A DNA stretch of 64,000 bases from Candidatus Hydrogenedens sp. (GTDB lineage: Bacteria > Hydrogenedentota > Hydrogenedentia > Hydrogenedentales > Hydrogenedentaceae), in contig JBMFRC010000007.1 in assembly GCA_049968235.1 (NCBI GenBank), forward strand, positions 32,001 to 96,000, given 5' to 3'. Below are positions 13,000-23,980 of the stretch, in pieces. A program made the translations under genes and the position numbers. The notes under the pieces were generated by a model. The model was not told where the DNA came from, did no database searches, and worked only from the letters and a program-made list of their open reading frames with translations. The first letter of the stretch is position 1. Each line of letters begins with the position of its first letter.

Positions 13000-14007
13000 T
13001 TATCTCACATTATATTCCACAGGCTTACAAACTGCTCTAAAATTTTCATATGGAGTATCGCCCGGAATTTCACATCCAGCACCAATCATAAGCGGAGGAC
13101 CTACTTCTCTATATAATTCCAGATGTTTCTTATAGATAACTTCAGGAGTGGATTCCATAACCTCTCTTACAGGGTCAAGGTTCGTTACCAGAACTTTGTC
13201 ATTTCCAAGAATCTCTCTTGCTTCCTTCAAAGGGACAAACCAATCCAAATCATAAACATCGCAGGGCAAATCTTTCCAATAGTATAATAAATGGCGTGTA
13301 TTACCACAAATATGCAATCGAACCAATCCGCCTGCTTTTTTTATAGCATCCATCAAACGATATTCGTGGGGGAATATTAAATCACGATAAGTCTCCGGTG
13401 AAACCTGACTTGCAATAGCATCACCAATTCCAATAGTATCTGCCCCTTCTTTCAACTGAGCCAGAGCGAAATTAATTGCGGTATCCACACAAAAACTCAT
13501 CAATTCATTAACATATTCAGGTTGAACCAACAAATCCATCAAAAAGTCTGTTACTCCCCGCAAATCCGCAGCCTCTGCAGCAGGACCTTCTATCCATCCC
13601 ATTACAGAATATTCATTCTTAGCACGATTTCTCATTTCACGAACAGATAAAATTCGGTCGTACATTCGTTCTGCCTTATAAGGGTCCGGAATAGGAAGTC
13701 TCGTAAAATCCGGATTATCGCGTAGCGGAGGATTGGGACAACGTGGAACTGCATCTTCTGGATATTCTAATACCGTTCCAAAACCTGACGTTTCACGGAA
13801 AGGGTCTGATATTGCACTCCATTGGTCATAGCCAAAATCCCGGATACATGCCTCATTAGCATTAACAAGCACATTATAATCGGTCACAAACTGCCGATAA
13901 TTACATCCAATATAATGGGTTGCAAAAGACATAACTATAGGCAATCGAGGGAGGAAATCAACAGGCTCATTGCGAATTGTTTTGATATATCGTTCATAAG
14001 AGTTCAT
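13000..14007 (-). CDS. uroporphyrinogen decarboxylase (URO-D) family protein (MtaA/CmuA-like methyltransferase fold)
   Basis: URO-D-like N-terminus ('RNEPVDFLPRLPIVMSFATHYIGC') and a TIM-barrel-length protein. The family is assigned by resemblance only. Confidence 0.5.
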   Translation of the reverse strand: MNSYERYIKTIRNEPVDFLPRLPIVMSFATHYIGCNYRQFVTDYNVLVNANEACIRDFGYDQWSAISDPFRETSGFGTVLEYPEDAVPRCPNPPLRDNPDFTRLPIPDPYKAERMYDRILSVREMRNRAKNEYSVMGWIEGPAAEAADLRGVTDFLMDLLVQPEYVNELMSFCVDTAINFALAQLKEGADTIGIGDAIASQVSPETYRDLIFPHEYRLMDAIKKAGGLVRLHICGNTRHLLYYWKDLPCDVYDLDWFVPLKEAREILGNDKVLVTNLDPVREVMESTPEVIYKKHLELYREVGPPLMIGAGCEIPGDTPYENFRAVCKPVEYNVR

Positions 14008-14052
14008 ACCATACCCTTTAATTTATTGTTTAATTTTATATTAACATAATTA

Positions 14053-16902
14053 TTAAACAATATTACCTAATTTCGCCTTTAAATGTTGCCCTGTATATGA
14101 TTTCATTTCCTTTATTATATCTTCCGGTGGACCCTGAGCAATGACATATCCCCCCTGGTCACCTCCTTCAGGACCAAGGTCTATAATCCAATCGGCAGTT
14201 CGAATAACTTCAAGGTTATGCTCTATAACAATAACAGTATTCCCCAAATCTACAAGTTGATGTAATACTCGAAGCAATCTATCCACATCAACAGCATGTA
14301 GTCCTGTGGTAGGCTCATCGAGGATATAAAGTGTGTTTCCAGTATGCCTTCTTAACAATTCCGTTGCTAACTTAACACGCTGTGCCTCTCCTCCTGAAAG
14401 TGTTGTTGCGGGTTGACCTAAATTAATATATCCCAGACCCACCTCAAAAAGGGTTTCTAAGGGGCGAGATATTTGAGGAATATTTTTAAAGAAATCCATT
14501 GCATTTTCAACAGTCATATCCAGCACTTCTGCTATATTTTTACCTTTATACTGGATTTGCAAAGTATCACGGTTATATTTTTTTCCATGACAAGTATCAC
14601 AGGGGATATATACATCCGGGAGAAATTGCATTTCAATAGTTAAGTAACCATTCCCTTCACAGGCTTCACAACGTCCCCCTTTCACATTAAAACTAAATCT
14701 ACCCGCACTGTATCCGCGTGCTCTTGCTTCAGGAACTTTGCTGAATAATTCACGAATAGGTGTAAATAAACCGGTATATGTAGCCGGATTAGAACGAGGG
14801 GTTCTTCCGATAGGTGATTGGTCTATATCTATTACTTTATCAATGTTGTTTATCCCTTCTATTTGTGAATAGAACAGCTTAACTTCGGGTTTCTTTTTTA
14901 ATATGGCATTTTGAACTGCAGGGAATAAAGTCTCATTGATTAAACTGGATTTTCCGGAACCCGAAACGCCTGTTACACAAACAAACACCCCTAAAGGAAA
15001 CGAGACATCTATATTTTTCAAATTATTTAAAGAGACACCTTTTATAGTAAGCCATTTATTTTGAGGTTTTCTTCGTTTTTCGGGGCAAAAAACATGAAAT
15101 TTTCCAGCAAGATACTTTCCTGTCCATGAATCAGCACACTTTGCAATCTTTGACGGCGGTCCTTGAGCAACAATTTTTCCACCATGAATACCTGCACCGG
15201 GTCCTAAATCAATAACATAGTCCGCAGAACGAATTGTAGATTCATCGTGTTCAACCACAATAACGGTATTTCCCAAATTCCTGAGTTTTATCAGTGTTTC
15301 AATTAAACGATTTGTATCGCGAGGATGCAATCCAATACTGGGTTCATCCAGGACATAAATAACACCGACCAATCCCGAACCTATTTGACTTGCTAAACGA
15401 ATTCTTTGTGATTCCCCTCCCGATAATGTCCCAGCATTACGGTCTAAGGTTAAATAATCCAGACCCACATCCATAAGAAATGATAATCGCAAATTAATTT
15501 CCTTCAACACTCTTTCTGCTATCTTTTTTTGGAATTCAGTCAACTTTAAGTTTTCAAAGAATGCCCGTGCTTCTTTAATAGACATTTTTGTTACATCTAC
15601 AATATTCTTTCCATCTATTCGAACAGCACGCGATTCCGGTTTTAATCTTGTACCCTGACAGGAACGGCATATATGGGTTGCCATATATTTTTCTATCATT
15701 TCCCGAGCACGATTTGAAGTTGTTTCTCTATACCGTCGTTCTAAATTAGGAATAACCCCTTCAAAAGGTTTATAAGTTTCATAACTACTATTTGCCATAT
15801 GATATGTAAAACGGATATATTCATCTCCCGAGCCATAAAGAATAATCTCTTTGAATGTATCCGGCAAATCCTTCCAGGGGGTTAAAGGACTTTCACCATA
15901 ATGTTCACAGATAATACGCAGTGTTTTTCGATACATTGAATCAAGAATAGGTCGCTGACTCCAGGGTTCAACAGCACCTTCTGCTATTGACAAATCGGGA
16001 TTGGGAATAACAAGTTCAGGGTCAATTTCCGTCACAGTTCCTAAACCGGTACATGCGGGACATGCCCCATGAGGATTATTAAAAGAGAACATACGAGGTT
16101 CTAACTCTTCAATAGAGATATTGCAGTCAATACAGGAAAGTTTCTCACTTTGTAATATTTCCTGAGGTTGACTTCCCGGGAATTCATACCAAATACGAAC
16201 TAACCCATTCCCCAGTTTCAGAGCCGTTTCTATAGAGTCCGTTAATCGTTTTTGTATATCGGATTTAATAACAAGCCTATCTACTACAACCTCAATATCA
16301 TGTTTTTTATATCGTTCTAATTTTATTTCATCGTCCACATGATAAATCGTTTTGTTTACACGAACTCGAACAAATCCAGATTTTTTAATTTCTTCAAATA
16401 ATTTTGTATAGTTCCCTTTTCTTTGACGAACCACAGGGGCTAAAATTTGAATTTTGGTTTGTTCTGGAAAGCCCATAATATTATCTACAATCTGTTGGGG
16501 TGTCTGAGCGGAAATTACTTTACCACATTTATAGCAATAGGGTGTTCCAACACGAGCGAAAAGCAATCGTAGATAATCATATATTTCAGTTACAGTTCCG
16601 ACCGTAGAACGCGGGTTTCGATGAACGGTCTTTTGTTCTATCGAAATAGCAGGGCTTAACCCTTCAATCAGGTCAACATCCGGTTTTTCCATTTGTTCAA
16701 GGAATTGTCGTGCATATGCGGATAGACTTTCGACATATCGTCTCTGCCCTTCCGCATAAAGAGTATCAAAAGCAAGGCTGGATTTCCCGGAGCCACTCAA
16801 CCCGGTAATTACAATCAGTTTGTTCCTTGGCAAATCCAGATTGATATTAGCGAGGTTGTGTTGTCGTGCCCCACGGATAATAATATATTCGGATTTATTC
16901 AT
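14053..16902 (-). CDS. uvrA: excinuclease ABC subunit A
   Basis: Two ABC ATPase modules (Walker A '[11 protein letters not shown]' and '[10 protein letters not shown]', ABC signatures '[12 protein letters not shown]' and '[12 protein letters not shown]') and CxxC zinc fingers. Length 949 aa. Confidence 0.95.
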   Translation of the reverse strand: MNKSEYIIIRGARQHNLANINLDLPRNKLIVITGLSGSGKSSLAFDTLYAEGQRRYVESLSAYARQFLEQMEKPDVDLIEGLSPAISIEQKTVHRNPRSTVGTVTEIYDYLRLLFARVGTPYCYKCGKVISAQTPQQIVDNIMGFPEQTKIQILAPVVRQRKGNYTKLFEEIKKSGFVRVRVNKTIYHVDDEIKLERYKKHDIEVVVDRLVIKSDIQKRLTDSIETALKLGNGLVRIWYEFPGSQPQEILQSEKLSCIDCNISIEELEPRMFSFNNPHGACPACTGLGTVTEIDPELVIPNPDLSIAEGAVEPWSQRPILDSMYRKTLRIICEHYGESPLTPWKDLPDTFKEIILYGSGDEYIRFTYHMANSSYETYKPFEGVIPNLERRYRETTSNRAREMIEKYMATHICRSCQGTRLKPESRAVRIDGKNIVDVTKMSIKEARAFFENLKLTEFQKKIAERVLKEINLRLSFLMDVGLDYLTLDRNAGTLSGGESQRIRLASQIGSGLVGVIYVLDEPSIGLHPRDTNRLIETLIKLRNLGNTVIVVEHDESTIRSADYVIDLGPGAGIHGGKIVAQGPPSKIAKCADSWTGKYLAGKFHVFCPEKRRKPQNKWLTIKGVSLNNLKNIDVSFPLGVFVCVTGVSGSGKSSLINETLFPAVQNAILKKKPEVKLFYSQIEGINNIDKVIDIDQSPIGRTPRSNPATYTGLFTPIRELFSKVPEARARGYSAGRFSFNVKGGRCEACEGNGYLTIEMQFLPDVYIPCDTCHGKKYNRDTLQIQYKGKNIAEVLDMTVENAMDFFKNIPQISRPLETLFEVGLGYINLGQPATTLSGGEAQRVKLATELLRRHTGNTLYILDEPTTGLHAVDVDRLLRVLHQLVDLGNTVIVIEHNLEVIRTADWIIDLGPEGGDQGGYVIAQGPPEDIIKEMKSYTGQHLKAKLGNIV

Positions 16903-16934
16903 AAAACACAGTATTTTTCTATTTTTTCAAACGA

Positions 16935-18905
16935 TTATTGGTTGGCTTGAACATTTTCAGATGGGATTGTAGGTGGTTTAACAATTAAAGATTCCTCAAT
17001 ATTCCCATCAATAATAATATCACCTTTAACAGTCTTTAACAGAACAGTATATTTTCCTTCTCGAATCTGGGCTTCTGCTTCTTGTTTCATTCTAGAAAAA
17101 ACACCCATTAAAGGAAGGGCAGTATCAATAATTCCCTCTTGCGTTATGGCTTTTAATTTACAATCTGTTTCAGGTGATAAAAGAATACTAATATTTCCCT
17201 TATCGGTTGAAATGTCAATATCGCCTAATATTCCATTCAGAGCCAAAAAACGAACATCTCCTTCCTGCAATCGTGCTACAACCTTCGATTGAATATCTTC
17301 TAAATTCACATTTGCCTGAATAGCCGTTATATTAATAGGTGCTTTAATATTTTTCAATGTCGCCAACCCACCACGAATCGCTATTTCTCCATTACTACCC
17401 ATATCTTCTATTCGTATATTCCCTTTTTGATTTGATACAAAATAAGGACCTTTACATGTTAATACAGAAACGACACCTGACCCTTGATTTATTCGTAGAG
17501 AACTCTCCATATTTTCACATGCAGTTTGTCCTTCTTTTGACTCTATAGAAACACCCATATGGGAAGGACAAAATATCTGAATATCCACCCTCCAATCTGA
17601 AAGATATTCGGGAAGAGCATCAAAATTTCCCGAAGTCATAATATATATTCTATTTTCTGTTCGATGAAGGTTTGCTGACACTTTCTCCAATGCTGATGTT
17701 GCTTTATCTGCAGAAGAAACCCAAACCAAACGGGTTGCTTTTACTCGTATTTTATTATCACCTGACGGGAGAATACGAACATCTCCTTTTTGATTGTTTA
17801 TTATTAAAACATCCTCGGGAGTTATTTCTTCCTCTACGGAAAAAACTTCACTAAAAGGTTTATAGTTTGATATAGTACTCTGAGGACTGGATAGAAATGT
17901 GTCGCTTCTAAAAAGAGCTACCTCCGAAAATACCGCTGTTATTTCAATTTTTTGTTTCGCATCCGGATTGGTTAAGTCTAAAGTACTCAATGAGCCTGTA
18001 CTTTTTTGAAGAATAGGCACATCCGTACTTAACTGACTTCCTAATAAACTCCCTTTCACTTCTAATTGTGATGTATCTTCAAACTTAATACTTGATTTGC
18101 CACTATCTGTATGCAAAATATACCTTCCTACTCCTAATTTTTGTAGTTTTAGTTCTCCTAAAAGATTATAAATACTAACTTCCCCTTGCAAATCATATAT
18201 CTCTGCATTTGTTCTCGAAAGATAGAAAAAACCACCATTTGTAATTTTTTTCGCTTTTAGCGGAAATTCCCCCTGTGTTCTCACTGAAACCTTGCCATTA
18301 ATATTTTCAAGTTCTATCGAACCATACTGTTCGTTAATCGTTACAGTTCCATCCACATTGGATATTCGCGTATCTCCAAAAAAATTATCAACAGAAATAT
18401 TTGCAGAACGAGGTAGTGTAATCACATAATCAATTTTTATAAATGATACACTCTCTTCGGGAAATTGATTTTCAATTAATAGTGTATTATTTTCGTTATT
18501 GATTCGTGGCTGGAAATTACTTGCTGTTTTTTCAAGAACATCTTGATTTTGCCCACCTAAGGTTAGGGTCGTCTGCACAACTACTAACGGCTCACTCCAC
18601 GATTTAATTTCAACGAGTCCAAACTCATTTTTTATCAAGACATTTATATTTTGAGATACAGAGACCTGATTTTCATAGTTCTTTGTAATTGTATATGGGA
18701 CAGATTGTTGATTGCCGAAAAGGTTTGACCTTAGTACCTCATCTGCATAAGAACCAATCTGATGAATACCTTTTATAACGGTATCAAACCCTGTTTTAAC
18801 GCCATCCAGAAGTTTGTCCTGTCCGTATGAGGAGGAGGCATACAGGTAGACACAAATAAAAAATATTAATAACTTTTTCAAATTATTGTTTCTATAATGC
18901 ATCAT
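16935..18905 (-). CDS. secreted repetitive beta-strand protein, DUF4097 / putative-adhesin-like
   Basis: Signal peptide, then repeated short beta segments rich in G/N/V/S/I ('VDNFFGDTRISNVDGTVTINEQYGSIELENINGKVSV'), as in DUF4097 head-domain repeats. No catalytic motif seen. Confidence 0.4.
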   Translation of the reverse strand: MMHYRNNNLKKLLIFFICVYLYASSSYGQDKLLDGVKTGFDTVIKGIHQIGSYADEVLRSNLFGNQQSVPYTITKNYENQVSVSQNINVLIKNEFGLVEIKSWSEPLVVVQTTLTLGGQNQDVLEKTASNFQPRINNENNTLLIENQFPEESVSFIKIDYVITLPRSANISVDNFFGDTRISNVDGTVTINEQYGSIELENINGKVSVRTQGEFPLKAKKITNGGFFYLSRTNAEIYDLQGEVSIYNLLGELKLQKLGVGRYILHTDSGKSSIKFEDTSQLEVKGSLLGSQLSTDVPILQKSTGSLSTLDLTNPDAKQKIEITAVFSEVALFRSDTFLSSPQSTISNYKPFSEVFSVEEEITPEDVLIINNQKGDVRILPSGDNKIRVKATRLVWVSSADKATSALEKVSANLHRTENRIYIMTSGNFDALPEYLSDWRVDIQIFCPSHMGVSIESKEGQTACENMESSLRINQGSGVVSVLTCKGPYFVSNQKGNIRIEDMGSNGEIAIRGGLATLKNIKAPINITAIQANVNLEDIQSKVVARLQEGDVRFLALNGILGDIDISTDKGNISILLSPETDCKLKAITQEGIIDTALPLMGVFSRMKQEAEAQIREGKYTVLLKTVKGDIIIDGNIEESLIVKPPTIPSENVQANQ

Positions 18906-18908
18906 TAT

Positions 18909-20327
18909 TTACTTGTTAAATAAATATCCAAATATTTTCTTTATTATTGTTAATCCATTATCGGAGGTATTTTGTTCCACAAGATTTATTTCTGAAGATG
19001 TTCCCTTATATACATTTTCCACAATCTTCTGAACTTCAGACTTAACCAGCCCGCGTAAAGGTACATTCGCTAACATACCATAGACCGGTGCAGTTGCTTG
19101 CTTTGCCAAATCAGGATTTGCTTTTACTGTCTCTACAGCTTCTTTTAAATCATTTAAATATTCATCCACAACTCTATCATGCAATGGGTTTATCATGAAA
19201 TGAATGCTCGCAGGTTTTTGCTGGCGGTCAATATGCCATCCTTTTGCTTCTAAAATATCTGCTACTGCATAAATATTTACTTTTGGAGTTTTACTACAAT
19301 AAGCAAATAACGGTCCCTGTGGTTCACCCACAATTTCCAAGTCAGGAATCTCTTGAATACCTTTCTTAAATTTCCTAACAATCTCCGCTAATTTCTTCGC
19401 ATTTTCAAGATACCTGTTTTGGCCCAAACCCATAAGAGTTGCCCATGCAGAAGCAATGGCTCCTCCGGGACGGGTACCTGTTAGACCGGGCGTCATCACA
19501 ATACCGCCAGGAAAATCTACTGAAATAAATAATTGATACTTCATTATATCCATAGAACGATACAAAATAACAGAGGCACCTTTGGCAGAATAGCCATATT
19601 TATGTAAATCTGCAGAGATAGATGTTACCCCAGAAATACGGAAATCAAAAGGAGTAATATCTTCCCCTAATTTCTCCAACCATGGGAGAATAAAACCTCC
19701 AACACACGCATCAACATGTAAATATAAATGATATTTTATTGCTAAATCACTCAATTTAGATATAGGGTCAATAGTTCCATAGGGATAATTGGGGGCAGAA
19801 CCAACCAGAGCAATGGTCTTCGGCGTTATTCTTCGTTCAACTGCATCTACATCCACTTTCCCCGTTTTATCCACAGGAGCATGTATCATCTTTATATCAA
19901 AATACTCTCCTGCTTTAAGAAAAGCAACATGTGCTGAGTCAGGAATAATAACCTCAGGGATAAAATACTTATCTCGGCGTTCTATCCGTACTTTATCTCT
20001 ATATGTTTTCATTGCTAACAAAATACTTTCTGTGCCACCAGAGGTCATACAACCCACAGTATTATCATCCCCATTAAGCAAAGAAGCAGTCATCTGAACG
20101 ACTTCTGCCTCAAATTTCTTTAAACTTTGAAATGCCATTGGATTTAATCCATTTTCATGGATATACATATTGTATGCGTCTTTAACAAGTTCTGAATGTT
20201 CTTCTGAAAAATGGAATACAAGACTAAATATCCGACCATCTTCCCAACGAGCATCATTTTGCCGGGCTAATTCTAATTCCTTTAAAATTTCTTCTTTTGA
20301 TTTCCCTTCCTCTGGAATAGTTATCAC
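18909..20327 (-). CDS. PLP-dependent group II decarboxylase-fold enzyme, sphingosine-1-phosphate lyase-like
   Basis: PLP-lysine region 'SISADLHKYGYSAKGASVILYRS' closely resembles the SPL/Dpl1 motif (S-x-S-x-D-x-HKYG-x-x-PKG). 'TSGGTESILLAMKTYRD' is a typical fold-type I N-terminal region. Confidence 0.6.
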   Translation of the reverse strand: MITIPEEGKSKEEILKELELARQNDARWEDGRIFSLVFHFSEEHSELVKDAYNMYIHENGLNPMAFQSLKKFEAEVVQMTASLLNGDDNTVGCMTSGGTESILLAMKTYRDKVRIERRDKYFIPEVIIPDSAHVAFLKAGEYFDIKMIHAPVDKTGKVDVDAVERRITPKTIALVGSAPNYPYGTIDPISKLSDLAIKYHLYLHVDACVGGFILPWLEKLGEDITPFDFRISGVTSISADLHKYGYSAKGASVILYRSMDIMKYQLFISVDFPGGIVMTPGLTGTRPGGAIASAWATLMGLGQNRYLENAKKLAEIVRKFKKGIQEIPDLEIVGEPQGPLFAYCSKTPKVNIYAVADILEAKGWHIDRQQKPASIHFMINPLHDRVVDEYLNDLKEAVETVKANPDLAKQATAPVYGMLANVPLRGLVKSEVQKIVENVYKGTSSEINLVEQNTSDNGLTIIKKIFGYLFNK

Positions 20328-20409
20328 TTTGGGTCTCCTATCTTACATTCTTTATCACAACTTTGAGATAAAATTATACCTTAAATCTATCACCAATTCT
20401 GAAATAAGT

Positions 20410-21237
20410 TTATATCATGATACTGCGAAAAACTGCGATGGACTCTACAATGAGATGATAAACGACCCACGCAATTCCGACAGACTCAAAAATGACCAAA
20501 AGGGCAATTTGGGCATCCCGAATATTTCGGAATGTTTTATCCCAGTCATTTCTTAACGGTAAGCCACCCATAATAGCAGACAAAATGCCTGTCCACATAT
20601 AAAATAAAAAAGACATAAATATGAATGTATAAACTTTGTCGATATTAGACAAATTACCATTATAATAAGATACCCATCTACTGTGTAATAACTCGATACC
20701 TTGTAATAAGTAAAAGGCTATACAATAAACAAGACTTAATAGAAATAAGGTTAAAATTAATTGATAAATAAGTAAACCCCAATGAATTTTTTTACCACTA
20801 TAAATACCTGATGAAAAATAAAGATAAAAATAAAAAGATAGATAAATAATAAATCCGATACCAAAACACAAACCCAAAATAGAAAATAATATTCTTGTCA
20901 ACAAAACAGGTATCCGAATTCTTGCAGATAATCCTGCACAAACACCTAACCATATCCTATTCTCATAATCTAAAGTAAGTTCTTGAGAGAAATTTCTTAG
21001 ATGGAGTAATTTTTCAGCCTGTAATGCAGGTTCACCAAACTCTTCATATAAAATCTTGTATAATTCCTCATCATGAATATAATTCTTACCGTTTTTTTTG
21101 AGTGTAGATATGATTTTAGTTTTTAGTTCAAGAAGTATTTTCTTTCTGTTTTCAATATCTATTGATGAATTTAAAGAAGTATTTACTTCTGTTAAGTATT
21201 TGTTAATTATAGTTTCCTGTTTATAGGTTATAACCAT
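20410..21237 (-). CDS. hypothetical polytopic membrane protein with an approx. 90-aa soluble N-terminal domain
   Basis: Hydrophilic N-terminus, then at least 5 predicted TM helices. Co-directional and 82 bp upstream of the SPL-like gene. Confidence 0.3.
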   Translation of the reverse strand: MVITYKQETIINKYLTEVNTSLNSSIDIENRKKILLELKTKIISTLKKNGKNYIHDEELYKILYEEFGEPALQAEKLLHLRNFSQELTLDYENRIWLGVCAGLSARIRIPVLLTRILFSILGLCFGIGFIIYLSFYFYLYFSSGIYSGKKIHWGLLIYQLILTLFLLSLVYCIAFYLLQGIELLHSRWVSYYNGNLSNIDKVYTFIFMSFLFYMWTGILSAIMGGLPLRNDWDKTFRNIRDAQIALLVIFESVGIAWVVYHLIVESIAVFRSIMI

Positions 21238-21489
21238 TTTTCTCCCCCAAATTTTAAATGATTATACACTATTTTTATATTAATTTCCCAACACTTTTTA
21301 AAACCTAATTGTTATTTTTCAGTCTAAATGACTGAAAATCAATGTTTATTTTACTATATCTGAAACATTTCTAAAAATACTATAAAAGTTATTAATTTAT
21401 GAAATTTAACTTACTAATTTAATATAATTTCACAACAAAATTATAAAATCATATATCAAAATAACATTAATTTACACAAAAATTAAGGT

Positions 21490-23199
21490 TTGGCGGTTAT
21501 GAACACATTTACAAAAATTCAATTGCTTTATCACATTGCTAAATGGAGAGCAACCTGGGACTGGAGAAATACAAAAAAAGCAATTCGTGTTCCTGGAAAT
21601 CCTAAATTCATGGGTGCTCGTGAAGCAGTCGGTATGATTAAAGATGGCTCTGTCATTGCAACCTCAGGGCTTGCAGGTAATATGCGAGCCTCATTTATGT
21701 GGTGGGCAATTAAGGAAATGTTTCAGGAAACAGGGCATCCTTGTAACTTAACGATAGTTAGTGTCGGAGGACAGGGTGGAAGAGGTAAGATTCCCGGAAC
21801 ATTAGAAGAATTAGGTTTACCCGGACTTTGTACACGAATTTTCACTGGACATACAGAAACCTATAAATCCATTTTAAAATTGGCGGACCAGGGTCATTGT
21901 GAAATCCAAATTATTCCACAAGGAACTCTTACATTGATACTAAAAGCCATGGGAGAAGAAGGAAAAAACTATGTTATCAACAAGACAGGAGTAGGAACTT
22001 TCATAGACCCACGAACAGGTAGAGGGACACCGTTATTTAATGAAAACGAACCTCAATATGTTTCAATTATAGATGACGAATATTTTAAATATGAATGTCC
22101 CTGGCCTGATGTTGCCATCTTCAATGCCCCTTCCGCAGATAAAGAAGGGAATATTTATCAAAAAAATGCTGTCATGATTGGTGAAAGTTATGAGATAACA
22201 AAAGCAGTTAAAAAACGGGGGGGAATTGTAATTGCTAATGTGGCTCAAATTGTAGACAAGGGACATGATGAAATATTTCTACCCGCTTCAGATATTGATG
22301 CCATTGTAGTCTGGAAAGGGACAGAACAAACGGGTGGAGTAAAACATATTCATCATTGGGATTTCCTAACATTAAATAGTAAAACAGCCATAGATGAAGG
22401 TATTGCAAGAGTTCGTTTCGTAAACAAGGTATTAGGAATTACTCCTCGCAGAACTACTGCGGATGAAGTATTAGCCCGACTTTCAGCAAAAATATTCGTT
22501 CAAAATTCCCAAAAGGGCGATTATGTAGATATTGGCGTTGGACTTCCTGAGGAGGCTTCCCGTCTTCTTTATGAAAGTGGTGTTCTAAATGACATTACTT
22601 TGATGACAGAAAGTGGTGTTATGGGAGGGCTACCAGCACCCGGAATATTTTTTGGTGCGGCAATTAATCCTACCGAAATTGTTTCGTCTGCTACTGTTTT
22701 TCAACGAATGTATCAACGGTTAGACAGTGTTATTTTAGGTGCTTTAGAAGTAGATGGTAGTGGAAATGTAAATGTTTCTAAGCGTGGGGAAGGTGCTATT
22801 AATTATGTAGGACCGGGTGGTTTTATTGACCTAACCACATCCGCCAAAAAGGTATTTTTCTGTGTAGCATGGGGAAATCAGTCGGAAATAAAAGTTGAAG
22901 ATGGAAAAGTAAAAGTATTAAAAGCAGGACAACCTAAATTTATCGAAAAAGTAAGCGAAATTACATTCAATGGACAAGAAGCTTTAAAAGTGGGTAAAAA
23001 GGTTTTTTACATAACTCATATTGGTGCCTTTGCCTTAACAGAAAGAGGTATGGAATTGCGATGGATTATGCCGGGAGTGGATATAGAAAAAGACATTTTG
23101 AATGTTATTAAAATGCCTTTTGTACTTCCCGAAAATGGACCTATTGTAGTTGATGATACTATTATTTCAGGGAGAAACTTTAAACTGAATTTTGAATAG
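21490..23199 (+). CDS. family I CoA-transferase, fused alpha/beta (YdiF/AtoDA-like acyl-CoA:acetate CoA-transferase)
   Basis: Two CoA-transferase halves. The second has the catalytic glutamate in 'LMTESGVMGG' (compare with the (S)ENG/ESG motif). Length is about the sum of AtoD and AtoA. Confidence 0.5.
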   Translation: MAVMNTFTKIQLLYHIAKWRATWDWRNTKKAIRVPGNPKFMGAREAVGMIKDGSVIATSGLAGNMRASFMWWAIKEMFQETGHPCNLTIVSVGGQGGRGKIPGTLEELGLPGLCTRIFTGHTETYKSILKLADQGHCEIQIIPQGTLTLILKAMGEEGKNYVINKTGVGTFIDPRTGRGTPLFNENEPQYVSIIDDEYFKYECPWPDVAIFNAPSADKEGNIYQKNAVMIGESYEITKAVKKRGGIVIANVAQIVDKGHDEIFLPASDIDAIVVWKGTEQTGGVKHIHHWDFLTLNSKTAIDEGIARVRFVNKVLGITPRRTTADEVLARLSAKIFVQNSQKGDYVDIGVGLPEEASRLLYESGVLNDITLMTESGVMGGLPAPGIFFGAAINPTEIVSSATVFQRMYQRLDSVILGALEVDGSGNVNVSKRGEGAINYVGPGGFIDLTTSAKKVFFCVAWGNQSEIKVEDGKVKVLKAGQPKFIEKVSEITFNGQEALKVGKKVFYITHIGAFALTERGMELRWIMPGVDIEKDILNVIKMPFVLPENGPIVVDDTIISGRNFKLNFE

Positions 23200-23218
23200 G
23201 CAAATTACTATTGATTTA

Positions 23219-23962
23219 TTAATTCGATTTTTGTTTATCAAAGTGATTGTCCAAAATTTGTGGAAGTTTCTCGATATATTCAAGCCAATTTTTAAACAGG
23301 AAATCTGCCGTTGTGGAAGTCATATATTTAAAGTTTATCCCGGCAAAAAGGCCCGCATAACCACCTGCTCTTTTTATACCAATAATATCTGTGGGTTCCA
23401 GGTCTCCGAGATGTAGCATCTCTTCCGTTTTCACCCCTAATTCATAAGCGGTTTTTTCAAACATTACGGGTTGAGGTTTGGAAACACCTTCTTCATCCGA
23501 AAAACGATATGAGGAAATATATTGTGCGAAGCCATGTATCTCAAGTAATTTCAGTAATGACTTTCCCGGTGATATGCCTGTATCTGAAATAAGACCTACA
23601 GGAACAAATTGCGAGGTATATCTAACTGCATCTAGGGCATTTTCTATAGGTTCCGGTTGAAATACTAATATGGCAGTAGCAAATTGTTCTGCAAGAAATT
23701 CATATTCACTTTTATTAAGGTCTATACCTAATTGTAACGAAACCATATCCACCGCGTCTTCGGGTGTTAATGTTCTTTGCTCTTCAATATGACATCGTGC
23801 AAATTCTTTACCCACCATTGACATCGACTCTAGAGCCACCTCTAACGATATACCCTGCTTAAAAGTATTTACTATGGCTTTTGCCCGGTATTCCTGTCTT
23901 TCTTTACTTAATGCATCCCGAAACAGAGTCCCCCAAAAATCAAAACTTACTGCTTTTATCAT
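23219..23962 (-). CDS. HAD-superfamily hydrolase/phosphatase
   Basis: HAD motif I 'SFDFWGTLF' (DxDxT-like variant FDFWGT) at the N-terminus. Length is typical of a HAD hydrolase with a cap domain. Confidence 0.6.
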   Translation of the reverse strand: MIKAVSFDFWGTLFRDALSKERQEYRAKAIVNTFKQGISLEVALESMSMVGKEFARCHIEEQRTLTPEDAVDMVSLQLGIDLNKSEYEFLAEQFATAILVFQPEPIENALDAVRYTSQFVPVGLISDTGISPGKSLLKLLEIHGFAQYISSYRFSDEEGVSKPQPVMFEKTAYELGVKTEEMLHLGDLEPTDIIGIKRAGGYAGLFAGINFKYMTSTTADFLFKNWLEYIEKLPQILDNHFDKQKSN

Positions 23963-23980
23963 GTATATCTACTCCAATAA

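Noticed and set aside
14023-14059. 10-bp inverted repeat (attgtttaat ... attaaacaat) with a 17-nt spacer between uvrA and the URO-D-family gene
   Set aside because: AT-only stem with a large loop and no T-run. It is likely fortuitous in AT-rich intergenic DNA.
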